Below, piece by piece: positions 27,267 to 38,083 of a stretch of DNA of 64,000 nt; position 1 is the first letter of the stretch; each line of letters opens with the position of its first letter. Both the position numbers and the translations under genes were made by a program. Where the stretch lies: the NCBI GenBank assembly GCA_043812655.1, contig JBDRLW010000008.1, forward strand, positions 32,001-96,000, written 5' to 3'. The stretch is from a bacterium. Lineage in GTDB: Bacteria; Margulisbacteria; WOR-1; O2-12-FULL-45-9; XYB2-FULL-48-7. The notes under the pieces are model-generated. The model saw nothing but the letters and a program-made list of their open reading frames with translations. It was not told the DNA's origin and made no database searches.

Positions 27267-29767
27267 TTATCATTTAGACTATAGCAAACAACGCGCTGGG
27301 TGGCAATGTCGGAAAGCAGGATCAGCGGTTGTTTAGAAAAATCAAAGATCCGGACGACTCGGCGCAAGGCTTTGTCATCATGAAGTTCTTCTTTAGCCAA
27401 AGAAGGGTTCAGTTTAAAACCGTTAAACAGGGCCAGATAGAATATTTGGGCTTCGACCAGGTCAAGAAAAAAGTGCGAGCCAAAAGAGAGTTCCGGCATA
27501 AAACCACTTTCGGGCTCCGCCACTTCAACCAGAGCGGCAAAATTATTGATCTCGGCAAAACTGACCGGGACACCCAGTGTCGCGTCCTTTGTCCCCCAGC
27601 GGCCGGGACCAATCAGCATTGTCGGATGTTTTTTTCTGTCTTTAATTTCCCTGTTAAGCCGGCCGATCAATCTAGCTACGGTAAATTTTTTATTATACAA
27701 AAGCTTGGCATATTCCCTAGTATCGATATAAATAACCTTGTTAATTGGCTGGGAGACATTCCCCCCCATAAAATTACCTGTCGTTTCAATCAATGAGTTT
27801 TCCGGCTTGATCTTCCCCGGCATTTTTACCGGGAGGTTTGGCCCCTTCGCCTGGAGCGGTCGGCATTGCAGAACATTGACCTGCAGTTTTCCTGCTCGAT
27901 TATAATTAGCGGTAAACTCAACATCGACCGGATATTCATAGACCGCTTCCAGCCGCGCCAGCATCTGCTGAAGGCTAACGGCGAATTCTGTTTTGGACAA
28001 AAGCTGGTCAAAAGTCAAAAACAGGAAATCTTGCTTACTTCTCTGCGCGATCAATTCCAAGTTAATGGCTGGCTCTTCGGTTAAAAGTTGTGACAGCGGC
28101 AATGAAATTAATTCGTTTTTTTCTATATCGAGCAGGTCAACTTCGTGCTGGGAAAACTTAAGTTTGTCTTCCACCCCGGCATACGGCTGTAAAAGCGGTT
28201 TATCAAGCGCTACAACTCGGGGATAGTCCCCTTCAACCCGGTTGACCGCCCTGGTCCCCAAACCAAAAACCAGACGAAGCATCCCCGCTTTTGGGTCCAT
28301 TTCTTGATTCCAAACAAAAGTATTGTAAGAAACCCCTACCCCGGCTAAAAATGGAAAAAAATATTTTTGATACTGCGTCCCAGAAACGCGCTGGACCAAA
28401 AGAGCCATCTGCTCGTCTTGCAGGCCCAAACCCCTCTGCTGCCGATAGGTTAGCGCATCTTCATTCATCGTGCTGGCAAAGACTTCCCTGACCGTCCGTT
28501 CATAATTGACGTAGCGCTCATCCAGGCTACCCTGATTAACGCAAAAAATACTCTCATACTTCCCGGCAAAGGCGTTGCCAAACCCGTCTTCCAATAAACT
28601 GGAAGAACGGATAATGATCGGCGACTGGCCATAATATTCCAGGAGTTGGTTGAATTGTTCCCTGATCTCATCAGGAAAATTTCCCGTTAGAAGTTTTTCT
28701 TTTAAGTCGGCCGCTTTGGCAAAAAAGCCCTCGGTTGTTTTTTGCTCCAGCCAGAGGTCCCACCAGCCATTTTGGACAATGTAAGAATAAAAAACATCGG
28801 AACCGATATAAAAAGAATCATGCGCTTCCAGTTTTTCTTCCCAATTGGCCAGGATCTTACGCGCCAGGAGCATCCCCACCGCTTTTCCCCCGATATAGCC
28901 GGTGCCGATCATCCGGTTTTTGATCGCGATCAAATCTTCCAAGGCAAAATATTTTTTGACCAAAGAGAGCATCCGCTCTTCCCGTCCGACCATGATCCGT
29001 AATAACTGGTCAACCATTTTATTTTTTTCTTCCTCGGCCGCTTCAGTCTTGGTCAGCTCCTCCGCCTTAATAAATAGCCTGTCCCAATAATCAAGGTTCC
29101 GCTCGGCCGTTTCCGCCCCCTTGGCCGACATATAAGCTAAAAGCCGGGCTGCGTCGACACTGCTGGTCAGCGGCAAATATTTTTCCCCTTCCGCGATATG
29201 GGGCAAGAACATCGTCGGCGAATAGCGGTTCCAGACTTTTAAGGGATGAAGATAATACTTCCCTTCAAAGCTATAAACATCAAGTAAAAGCTGGGTCGTT
29301 TCCCTGATCCGGGCAATGGTTTTATAAGAATGATTATTCCGTAAAATGGCAAAATAAGCCAAAGTATTTAATTTAAAAAGATAGGGGCAAGTGACCATGA
29401 AAAAGTTCCCGATCATGAGGTCTGTCGCCCAGGCAAAAAGCAGATCGGATAAACAATCAAAAAGATAAAAAGCCCCATCCCCTTCCAGTGTGATGATCTC
29501 GTGAACCTCTTTGGAAAAGGATTCAAACCCGACCGTCGCGTCAAGATCATAAGTCTTTACGTCTTTTATTAGCGGCGGATGGCTGGCAAAGCGGATATAA
29601 ATGATCTTGCGCCCGTCTTTTTTAGCTTGTTCAATATAAGGCCTTACAAAATAGAGATAATCCTCAATACGGTCAACCTGCCAAACAACATTATCCCCCT
29701 TCCTTAAACCCTGAAGGATGTTGTCAAGCCCATTCACTCCGGAACTGACAAAATTTATCGTCTTCAT
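27263..29767 (-). CDS. PEP/pyruvate-binding (PPDK N-terminal ATP-grasp) domain protein
   Basis: IGGKAVG, IRSSSLLED...FAGKY, GLGTRAV, DVEF...LQCRP; start approximate. Confidence 0.85.
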   Translation of the reverse strand: MKTINFVSSGVNGLDNILQGLRKGDNVVWQVDRIEDYLYFVRPYIEQAKKDGRKIIYIRFASHPPLIKDVKTYDLDATVGFESFSKEVHEIITLEGDGAFYLFDCLSDLLFAWATDLMIGNFFMVTCPYLFKLNTLAYFAILRNNHSYKTIARIRETTQLLLDVYSFEGKYYLHPLKVWNRYSPTMFLPHIAEGEKYLPLTSSVDAARLLAYMSAKGAETAERNLDYWDRLFIKAEELTKTEAAEEEKNKMVDQLLRIMVGREERMLSLVKKYFALEDLIAIKNRMIGTGYIGGKAVGMLLARKILANWEEKLEAHDSFYIGSDVFYSYIVQNGWWDLWLEQKTTEGFFAKAADLKEKLLTGNFPDEIREQFNQLLEYYGQSPIIIRSSSLLEDGFGNAFAGKYESIFCVNQGSLDERYVNYERTVREVFASTMNEDALTYRQQRGLGLQDEQMALLVQRVSGTQYQKYFFPFLAGVGVSYNTFVWNQEMDPKAGMLRLVFGLGTRAVNRVEGDYPRVVALDKPLLQPYAGVEDKLKFSQHEVDLLDIEKNELISLPLSQLLTEEPAINLELIAQRSKQDFLFLTFDQLLSKTEFAVSLQQMLARLEAVYEYPVDVEFTANYNRAGKLQVNVLQCRPLQAKGPNLPVKMPGKIKPENSLIETTGNFMGGNVSQPINKVIYIDTREYAKLLYNKKFTVARLIGRLNREIKDRKKHPTMLIGPGRWGTKDATLGVPVSFAEINNFAALVEVAEPESGFMPELSFGSHFFLDLVEAQIFYLALFNGFKLNPSLAKEELHDDKALRRVVRIFDFSKQPLILLSDIATQRVVCYSLNDK

Positions 29768-30744
29768 AAATCCCAAAAACTGATTAATTTATCATAATCA
29801 ATGATCGAAACCAAGGCTTTGCTTTCTGTCACTATGCCAGATTCTTCGGCGGCGGCGACCGGATTAAGCCCTCCTGGAATTACTATCCCCACCCGTTCGA
29901 GGCCAACCGGTACGCCAAGGATCGTTTGGCCGGCTTTGCCGATCATAATCGCTTTGCCTAAGCCGGCCGATTCTGCCCGGCGCAAGATCGCCTCGGCTTC
30001 ATCGCGCGAAGCCGCCGGGATCTCCCTTAAGCTGGCCAATATTTTCCCCTTGCCAAGGCAGGCGGCACTGACGCTGGTCATCCGGCTCTTTAAAAATATT
30101 TCGTGCGGATCAAGCGTTGAACCGGTGTAATTGATAATATCGGTAAAACGGAGCGGCCGTTCATCTTCGATCTGCAGGATCCCGCCAAATCTTGATTCGA
30201 TCGGAATGGAATGCTTGGTCAATATCCCATTTAGGTTGATACTGCAGAGCGTGCCAAAGGCCACTTGCCCGGGCGGAACAATTATCCCGCCAATTTTTTC
30301 GCCTTCAGGTACGACCACCACGAGTTCACCGGTCGCAAAGCCGCTTTTGAAAACTTGAGCCATAACTCCCAAGGCCTTTTTAAAGTCTTTTTTCTGGAAA
30401 AAAGAGAGATTTAAGATCACTCCGCCCGATTTATTTTCAAGGTCAAAATCCATTTTATACGCCATCGTCTCAATACGTGAGCTCATAAAGCCAACTTTAT
30501 CAAAAACCAGCGCGTCCCCTAACTCTTCCAGCCCTTTACTGGTGATCATCCGCCCCTCCTTCCAAATTACTTTGGTTAAACCACGCTCGTTCATCACTTT
30601 TAAATGATAGCGGACCGCCCTCTCCGAAAGTTCAATCCCATGATCTTTCAATTTTTTGGCTATGTCAGCCGAACCGATCGGCTCGCTCTTCTGTGAAATT
30701 ATCCGCAAGATCGCGTTGATCTTCCTGTCTAAGTCCGTCGTCAT
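29764..30744 (-). CDS. nrpR: NrpR-family nitrogen repressor (winged HTH plus NRD domain)
   Basis: SERAVRYHL wHTH, TLCSI..NG, GSTLDPHEIF, GGLNPVAA..E; start ATG 30744. Confidence 0.88.
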   Translation of the reverse strand: MTTDLDRKINAILRIISQKSEPIGSADIAKKLKDHGIELSERAVRYHLKVMNERGLTKVIWKEGRMITSKGLEELGDALVFDKVGFMSSRIETMAYKMDFDLENKSGGVILNLSFFQKKDFKKALGVMAQVFKSGFATGELVVVVPEGEKIGGIIVPPGQVAFGTLCSINLNGILTKHSIPIESRFGGILQIEDERPLRFTDIINYTGSTLDPHEIFLKSRMTSVSAACLGKGKILASLREIPAASRDEAEAILRRAESAGLGKAIMIGKAGQTILGVPVGLERVGIVIPGGLNPVAAAEESGIVTESKALVSIIDYDKLISFWDL

Positions 30745-30766
30745 AACGAGAATATTATAACATGGA

Positions 30767-30796
30767 TTGACATACGGCAATAGGTTGCCGTATAAT
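30767..30796 (+). promoter_or_regulatory. Consensus sigma-70 promoter of gdhA with a palindrome in the spacer
   Basis: TTGACA-18 nt-TATAAT; ATACGGCAA-TAGG-TTGCCGTAT at 30772-30793. Confidence 0.85.
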
Positions 30797-30840
30797 AATG
30801 GCCAGCAAAAGAAAGGAGGAGAAGTTTGTTGGTTCGATAG

Positions 30841-32202
<1,362 letters not shown>

Positions 32203-32205
<3 letters not shown>

Positions 32206-32237
32206 TTGGTTAGTCAGTTAGTCTGATAGTTTGTTAG
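32203..32237 (+). repeat. Degenerate 8-mer tandem repeat (TAGTTTGT-like)
   Basis: TAGTTGGT TAGTCAGT TAGTCTGA TAGTTTGT TAG; similar tracts at 30823-30852 and 17305-17330. Confidence 0.6.
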
Positions 32238-32272
32238 AAAAAAGCCCTCCGATGTTTGTCGGGGGGCTTTTT
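32238..32272. terminator. Bidirectional intrinsic terminator
   Basis: AAAAAGCCCTCCGA-loop-TCGGGGGGCTTTTT between convergent genes. Confidence 0.85.
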
Positions 32273-32294
32273 GTTTGTGGTGTGAAGCGATTTT

Positions 32295-32933
32295 TTAGAA
32301 GAACGCCATCCTGGCTCCAGCGGCTAGGATAAAGCCATCGAGCGGCAATGAATTACCGCTGCTATCCTTAATGCTGGTCCGCAAATAATTGATCTGGGCA
32401 AAAGCTCCGGTATCTGGGCCAAGGCCAAATTCGATCCCTGTCCCGATCTGGGCGCCAAATCCGGCAAAACTTGAAGGGGAATTAAGTTTAACTTCGCTGG
32501 ATTTATTGGCTGTATAGTAGTTGGCTTCGGCATCCAAATAAAGATTGGCGATACCATGGGCGCTGGAATCCCCCCAACTAAGAACATACATTCTAGCTCC
32601 ATAGCCAAACCTTAAAATTGAATAAGTCGCGTTAAGCGTGGTCCCCTGGTCATTATTAAATGACGATAGGCCAAATCTAGGTCCAGTATCTAAGTTCTGG
32701 TTTAATCTAGCGTCGAACTCAAGCCCAAGATCATACGCTGTAGTTTTTGTCGCCAAAACATCCCTGTTGGGAGAGATCATACTTAACCTTACCCCCAATC
32801 TATAGGACTTTTTCTGAGACATCGCCAATAGATCTTTCGTTGAAACCGTGCTTGTCCCTTCGATCGCGTAAGCCGGAACTATCGCCGCTAAACTTAAAAC
32901 AAAAACCGCCAACAAAGTAAGGACCTTTTTCAT
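32295..32933 (-). CDS. Small outer-membrane beta-barrel protein, paralog 2
   Basis: Signal peptide, amphipathic strands, C-terminal RMAFF. Confidence 0.7.
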   Translation of the reverse strand: MKKVLTLLAVFVLSLAAIVPAYAIEGTSTVSTKDLLAMSQKKSYRLGVRLSMISPNRDVLATKTTAYDLGLEFDARLNQNLDTGPRFGLSSFNNDQGTTLNATYSILRFGYGARMYVLSWGDSSAHGIANLYLDAEANYYTANKSSEVKLNSPSSFAGFGAQIGTGIEFGLGPDTGAFAQINYLRTSIKDSSGNSLPLDGFILAAGARMAFF

Positions 32934-32999
32934 AACTACTCCTCCTTAAATGGAATGTTGGGATTATTATACTAAAGTACCATTCGTCTAGCAAGCGTT

Positions 33000-33653
33000 T
33001 TAGAAAAAGGCCATCCTGCTGCCAACCGTCAAAACTAAGCCGTCAAGAGGCAAAGTATGACTGCTTATGTCGTTTATGCTGGTGCGCAAATAATCGATCT
33101 GGGCAAAAGCTCCGGTATTCGGCCCGAAAGTAAACTCAAGCCCCACCCCCGCTTGAACCCCAAGCCCGGCAAAACTGGCAGGGGAAATAGCCAGCGCGGT
33201 TGAGTCTTTGATCTTATTAGCGGCAAAATAATTAACTTCCCCGGCAAAATAGAGGTTAGCAAACCCATGAAGACTGGAATGGTCGCTCCAGTTAATAGCA
33301 TAAAGCTTGGCGCCATAACCAAACCTGATGATCTGATATGAAGCATTTAGCGTTGTTCCCTGGTCATTGACACAAGAGGCAATACCAAACCGCGGGCCGG
33401 TATCAAGATTTTCATTGAACTTAAAATCAAATGCAAGCCCAATGTCATAAGCAGGGATCTTGGTCGCCAATATATCGCTAGCCGGAGAGATCATGCTGAC
33501 TTTAACCCCTAATCCAAGATTTTTTCTTTGGGCTAATGTTAATAATTCTTTTGTTGAAACTGTAGTTGTCCCTTCAAGCGCATAAACAGGGACAAGACTT
33601 ATTCCTCCTAAAATAAAAATAGTAAGGGAACACAACCAAAAATACTTTCTCAT
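33000..33653 (-). CDS. Small outer-membrane beta-barrel protein, paralog 1
   Basis: Collinear with paralog 2 (NLDTGPRFG, NDQGTTLNA, LPLDG, RMAFF). Confidence 0.7.
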   Translation of the reverse strand: MRKYFWLCSLTIFILGGISLVPVYALEGTTTVSTKELLTLAQRKNLGLGVKVSMISPASDILATKIPAYDIGLAFDFKFNENLDTGPRFGIASCVNDQGTTLNASYQIIRFGYGAKLYAINWSDHSSLHGFANLYFAGEVNYFAANKIKDSTALAISPASFAGLGVQAGVGLEFTFGPNTGAFAQIDYLRTSINDISSHTLPLDGLVLTVGSRMAFF

Positions 33654-33662
33654 AACATCTCT

Positions 33663-34856
33663 CTATTCGTAGCGCAAGGCGATAACTGGATCGAGTTTGG
33701 CCGCCCGCACAGCCGGATAAACCCCAAAGAAGATCCCAACTACTGCCGACACCGTCACCGCGAGTATTACCGCCCACCAAGCGATCACCAGCGTTCCCTT
33801 GATCGCGAACATGATCAGAAAAGCGCCGGTAAGGCCAAAGATTATCCCTAAAAAACCGCCGATCAAACTGATCATCATCGATTCGACTAAAAATTGCAAA
33901 ATAATGTCTTTTGATTTCGCGCCGATCGCTTTGCGGACCCCGATCTCCCTCACCCGTTCATTGACCGCCACTAGCATGATATTCATAATGCCGATCCCGC
34001 CGACCAAAAGCGAGATCGCCGCGATCCCGGTCACAAAAGCCGTTAACGCCCCTAATATATTATTAACAATATTAAGTATCCCCTGTTGGGTCAGCGTTCT
34101 AAAGTCATCATTCCCCAATCGCCTGGCAACCACTGTCGTTAATTTGGCTTTCACTTCATCGATCTTATCGATATCTTTAGGGAAAATATTAAAACGGAGG
34201 ATCTTATCATTACCGAACATATTGGTCGACGTTGTCACCGGTACGAGCAGCCGTTTGTCCATATCCATTGGCCCAAAACTTCCCCTCGCTTCTGTAACAC
34301 CAATTATCAAGTATTGTGTTCCCCTTAGCTTAATCCTTTCCCCCACCGCATTACTTTCGCCAAAAAACGCTTGGGCGATCTTTGGGCCGATGACCGTCAC
34401 TTTCCGGCGCGACTCAACTTCGGTCACGGTAAAAAAACGGCCAGAAGTCAGTTTTCCTCCCATCAGATCAAGAAAGTTAGCGGTCGCGCCGATCACTACC
34501 GGCGATTTAACGGCTTTTTTTCCATAATACAGGTCGCCGGTGCCGGGATTTAACGCGACGATATCCCTTATTTCCGGCACCCTACTCTTAAAATAAGCGA
34601 TATCAGCGTAAGTGAATTTTGGGTTGGGCGGCGAACTGGCGTCTTTGCCGGCCGCTAAAACAAAAGAATCATAGCCCGCCCCCATATTTTTGATCTGGTC
34701 GGTCACATAAGTTTTTGCCCCTTCGCCGATCGTCACCAGGGTAATGACCGAAAAGATCCCAATGATCACTCCCAGCATCGTCAGGAAGCTCCGCACTTTG
34801 TTGGCCAGCAGAGAACGAACCGCTTGCTTCATGCTTTCCCAAATGAAAAAGATCAT
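33663..34856 (-). CDS. MacB/FtsX-family ABC permease
   Basis: [35 protein letters not shown]. Confidence 0.93.
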   Translation of the reverse strand: MIFFIWESMKQAVRSLLANKVRSFLTMLGVIIGIFSVITLVTIGEGAKTYVTDQIKNMGAGYDSFVLAAGKDASSPPNPKFTYADIAYFKSRVPEIRDIVALNPGTGDLYYGKKAVKSPVVIGATANFLDLMGGKLTSGRFFTVTEVESRRKVTVIGPKIAQAFFGESNAVGERIKLRGTQYLIIGVTEARGSFGPMDMDKRLLVPVTTSTNMFGNDKILRFNIFPKDIDKIDEVKAKLTTVVARRLGNDDFRTLTQQGILNIVNNILGALTAFVTGIAAISLLVGGIGIMNIMLVAVNERVREIGVRKAIGAKSKDIILQFLVESMMISLIGGFLGIIFGLTGAFLIMFAIKGTLVIAWWAVILAVTVSAVVGIFFGVYPAVRAAKLDPVIALRYE

Positions 34857-34867
34857 AAAATAATAAT

Positions 34868-35334
34868 GCCCTCACCCCGTCCGCCTACGGCGGACTGCCC
34901 CTCTCCCATAGGGAGAGGGGCGGTTTTACATTGCCACCGGTAAAGGACTAATAGCCTCCTTAATTTTTTCTAAAACAATATTACTATTGTCTTCAATTTC
35001 CTGATTAGTAATCCTGATAAAATAAACGGACTTTGCTTCTATCTCCTGTTGCCTGACTTCGTCATATTCACGATGCATCCTATTTTCATGGATACTCCCA
35101 TCGATCTCAATTGCCAATCTTTTCTCTGGACAATAAAAATCAACCACAAAGCCTTCGATTACATGCTGTCTACGAAACTTTAAACCCATAAAACTCCTAT
35201 CTCTTAATAAAAGCCAAACTTTTTCCTCTGCTAAAGTTGCCTTCTTTCTCAGTCCCCTTGCAAATCTTTTCTTTATTTGTTTCATTGCACTATACCACCC
35301 CTCTCCCCCTGGGAGAGGGGCTGGGGGTGAGGGC
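34868..35334. mobile_element. Putative DUF559 nuclease cassette bounded by CCCTCACCC-family arms
   Basis: 11-bp terminal inverted repeat GCCCTCACCCC/GGGGTGAGGGC; one CCCCTCTCCC-N3-GGGAGAGGGG hairpin per arm. Confidence 0.65.
34926..35285 (-). CDS. DUF559 (Vsr-like) endonuclease
   Basis: ARGLRK..T.AE..W..LR, KFRRQH, VDFYC, IEIDGSIH. Confidence 0.92.
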   Translation of the reverse strand: MKQIKKRFARGLRKKATLAEEKVWLLLRDRSFMGLKFRRQHVIEGFVVDFYCPEKRLAIEIDGSIHENRMHREYDEVRQQEIEAKSVYFIRITNQEIEDNSNIVLEKIKEAISPLPVAM

Positions 35335-35345
35335 TGCGTCGTCCC

Positions 35346-36539
35346 CTATACCTCATACCTCAAGGCCTCGACCGGGTCAAGGCGGGAAGCGCGCATCGCC
35401 GGATAGACGCCAAAAAAAGTCCCGACCAAAAAAGCCACCAAGCAGGCGATATAAACCGCGCCCCAAGCAATAACCGCCTGTAATTTTATCGCCGATAAGA
35501 TGCCCCAGGCGGCCAGCGTCCCGATCAAAATGCCGATAAACGCGCCGCTCATGGTGATCAAAACCGATTCAAAAACAAATTGCAAAAAGATATCGCGGCT
35601 TTTAGCGCCGATCGATTTGCGGATGCCGATCTCCCGGGTCCTCTCGGTCACCGCTACCAGCATGATATTCATGATCCCGATCCCGCCAACAAGCAGCGAG
35701 ATCGCCGCGATCGCGCTGACGATCCCGGTCATCGCGTTAAGGATATTATTGATGATGTCGATCAGCCCTTGCTGGGTATGGACATGGAAATCTTCTTTTT
35801 TATGCCGGGCGATCAGCGTTTTTTTTACTTCTTCGATCGCCTGGGGGACCTGTTTCTCATCATGCACTGTTAGGAAAAGCTCCCAGATCTTTTTAGTCCC
35901 TAAAACCAACTCCGAAAGCGTCGAGGGGATCAGCGCGAGATCATCCATGTCATACGTCATCATTGTCCCCTTCTCTTCCAGGATGCCGACCACCAGGAAA
36001 CCGACGCCGTTTATCTTAATCCTTTCGCCAATCGGGGAAAAATTACCGAACAGCTGCCGGGCGACCGTCCGGCCGATCACCGCCACTCTTTTCCGCCCGG
36101 CTTCTTCGGCGGCCGAAAAAAAACGGCCTTCTACCGCCCGCTGTTTAAAAGCTTCGGGATAATCAGCCGAGATCCCCATGGTAAAACTGGGACTGTAAGT
36201 TTTTTTTCCGAAGGCCAGTCGGCCGCGGCCGATAAATTCGGGGACTAAATATTCCAGATTTTTAACCCTCTGCCTTAAATTGACAGTATCTTGATAGGTC
36301 AGGTTCAGCTCCGGCATGGACATCTCTTCCTTGCCGTTATGGATAGTCAGGCTGTTCGCCCCCACCCCCCAGGCCCCAACCTGATTGAGGATATAATTCT
36401 TCGAGCCTTCCCCCATCGAAACTAGGGTAATAACGGCAGCGACCCCGATAATGACGCCGACCGTTGTCAATAAAGAGCGGGTTTTATTGGAGATGATCGA
36501 TTGAACCGCGATCTTGAACGGTTCAATTAAGTTTATCAT
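35346..36539 (-). CDS. MacB/FtsX-family ABC permease
   Basis: Same signatures as 33663-34856. Confidence 0.93.
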   Translation of the reverse strand: MINLIEPFKIAVQSIISNKTRSLLTTVGVIIGVAAVITLVSMGEGSKNYILNQVGAWGVGANSLTIHNGKEEMSMPELNLTYQDTVNLRQRVKNLEYLVPEFIGRGRLAFGKKTYSPSFTMGISADYPEAFKQRAVEGRFFSAAEEAGRKRVAVIGRTVARQLFGNFSPIGERIKINGVGFLVVGILEEKGTMMTYDMDDLALIPSTLSELVLGTKKIWELFLTVHDEKQVPQAIEEVKKTLIARHKKEDFHVHTQQGLIDIINNILNAMTGIVSAIAAISLLVGGIGIMNIMLVAVTERTREIGIRKSIGAKSRDIFLQFVFESVLITMSGAFIGILIGTLAAWGILSAIKLQAVIAWGAVYIACLVAFLVGTFFGVYPAMRASRLDPVEALRYEV

Positions 36540-37215
36540 CAGAAATAACCAGTCCGTCTTTCAAACGGATAATTCTTTTGCTATGGTTAGCGATCTCCTG
36601 GTCATGGGTCACAATGATCAAGGTGATCCCCTGTTTATTAAGCTCCTGGAAAAGGTGGATGATCTCTTCGCCGCTTTTGGAATCGAGGTTGCCGGTCGGT
36701 TCGTCAGCTAAAACTATTGAAGGTCCATTAGCCAGTGACCGGGCGATCGCGACCCTCTGGCTTTGGCCGCCGGAAAGTTCCGACGGTTTGTGGAACATCC
36801 GCTCTTTTAAGCCAACGGTCTCAAGCAATTTTGCCGCTTTGGCCCGCCGCTCGTCAAATTTTACCCCGGCGTAGATCAGCGGCAGTTCAACATTTTCAAT
36901 CGCGTTCAATTTTGGCAAAAGGTTGAAGGTCTGGAAAACGAACCCGACCTTTTTATTCCTGATCTCCGCCAAGCTGTTGTCATCAAGCTCATCGACATCA
37001 ACCTCATCGAGTAAAACGTGGCCTTTGCTTGGCCGGTCAAGGCACCCTAAGATGTGCATTAAAGTTGATTTACCGCAACCAGACGGCCCCATGATCGAAA
37101 CAAACTCTCCCCGATTTATAGTTAAATTGATCCCCCGCAAAGCCTTAACTTCCACCGTTCCCATAAAATAGGTGCGGACCACCTGATCAACCCTAACCAC
37201 TACTTTATCGCTCAA
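36523..37215 (-). CDS. ABC ATP-binding protein (LolD/MacB-type)
   Basis: [22 protein letters not shown]. Confidence 0.95.
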   Translation of the reverse strand: MSDKVVVRVDQVVRTYFMGTVEVKALRGINLTINRGEFVSIMGPSGCGKSTLMHILGCLDRPSKGHVLLDEVDVDELDDNSLAEIRNKKVGFVFQTFNLLPKLNAIENVELPLIYAGVKFDERRAKAAKLLETVGLKERMFHKPSELSGGQSQRVAIARSLANGPSIVLADEPTGNLDSKSGEEIIHLFQELNKQGITLIIVTHDQEIANHSKRIIRLKDGLVISDDKLN

Positions 37216-38083
37216 TTTTTATCCGTCCTTTATTTTTAAGCTTGGCCACATTGCTGACCGCCACGATATCGCCAACCTTAACACCCGAGACCGCTTCTAA
37301 ACTGCTGTACGAGCGGATACCTACTTCAACTTTTGTCTCCGCTACTCTTCCCCTATTAACTTTATAGACATATGAGGAGTCATCTTTAGCGATAACCGCT
37401 TCCCTGGGAAGAATTAAAGCTTGGTCATTGACCTTGGTCAAAATATCAACATTGACCGACATGTTCACTTTTAAGCCTTCATGGCCGCCGACAAACCTGA
37501 TCTTGCAGGGAAAAACGTAAGATTCTTCGTCCATTTTCACCCGGCCGCCAACCTTGCGCAGTTCGGCGAGTGGCGCGATCCAATAGATCTCACCCATAAA
37601 AACCTTGTCGGGATAAACATCAGAAGTGATCCTGACTTTATCCCCCACTCTAACTGTCTCAATATCAATTTCATCGATCTGCGCTTCGACCCATGACCGA
37701 TTGAAATTGACGACCACGATCGCCGGCATCCCCATCGGAACGGTCTCCCCTTTATCATAATTGATCTTGGCCACGATCCCTCCAGCCGGCGCGATCAACC
37801 GGGTTAAGTCATCAAATTCGGCTAAAGTTTGCGCGGCCTGAACCCGCGCTCCCTCTTTAACAAAAATATTTATGATCTTCCCGCCCATTTTCGGGCTTAG
37901 GTCATAAACCGGCGCGTCCACAAACCCGCTAACCGAAACGATCGCTTCTATCGTCCCCCGGGAAACCGCGATCGTTTTAATGGTTACAACATCTTTGTTC
38001 CACCATTTAAAGCCAAAATAAACAATAAGGAACGCGGCTAGCAGGCCCAATACGATCAAAACCCAACGCCGATCTTTTTTCAT
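37205..38083 (-). CDS. Periplasmic adaptor (membrane fusion) protein
   Basis: N-terminal TM, lipoyl-like halves with no long hairpin; operon context. Confidence 0.85.
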   Translation of the reverse strand: MKKDRRWVLIVLGLLAAFLIVYFGFKWWNKDVVTIKTIAVSRGTIEAIVSVSGFVDAPVYDLSPKMGGKIINIFVKEGARVQAAQTLAEFDDLTRLIAPAGGIVAKINYDKGETVPMGMPAIVVVNFNRSWVEAQIDEIDIETVRVGDKVRITSDVYPDKVFMGEIYWIAPLAELRKVGGRVKMDEESYVFPCKIRFVGGHEGLKVNMSVNVDILTKVNDQALILPREAVIAKDDSSYVYKVNRGRVAETKVEVGIRSYSSLEAVSGVKVGDIVAVSNVAKLKNKGRIKIER

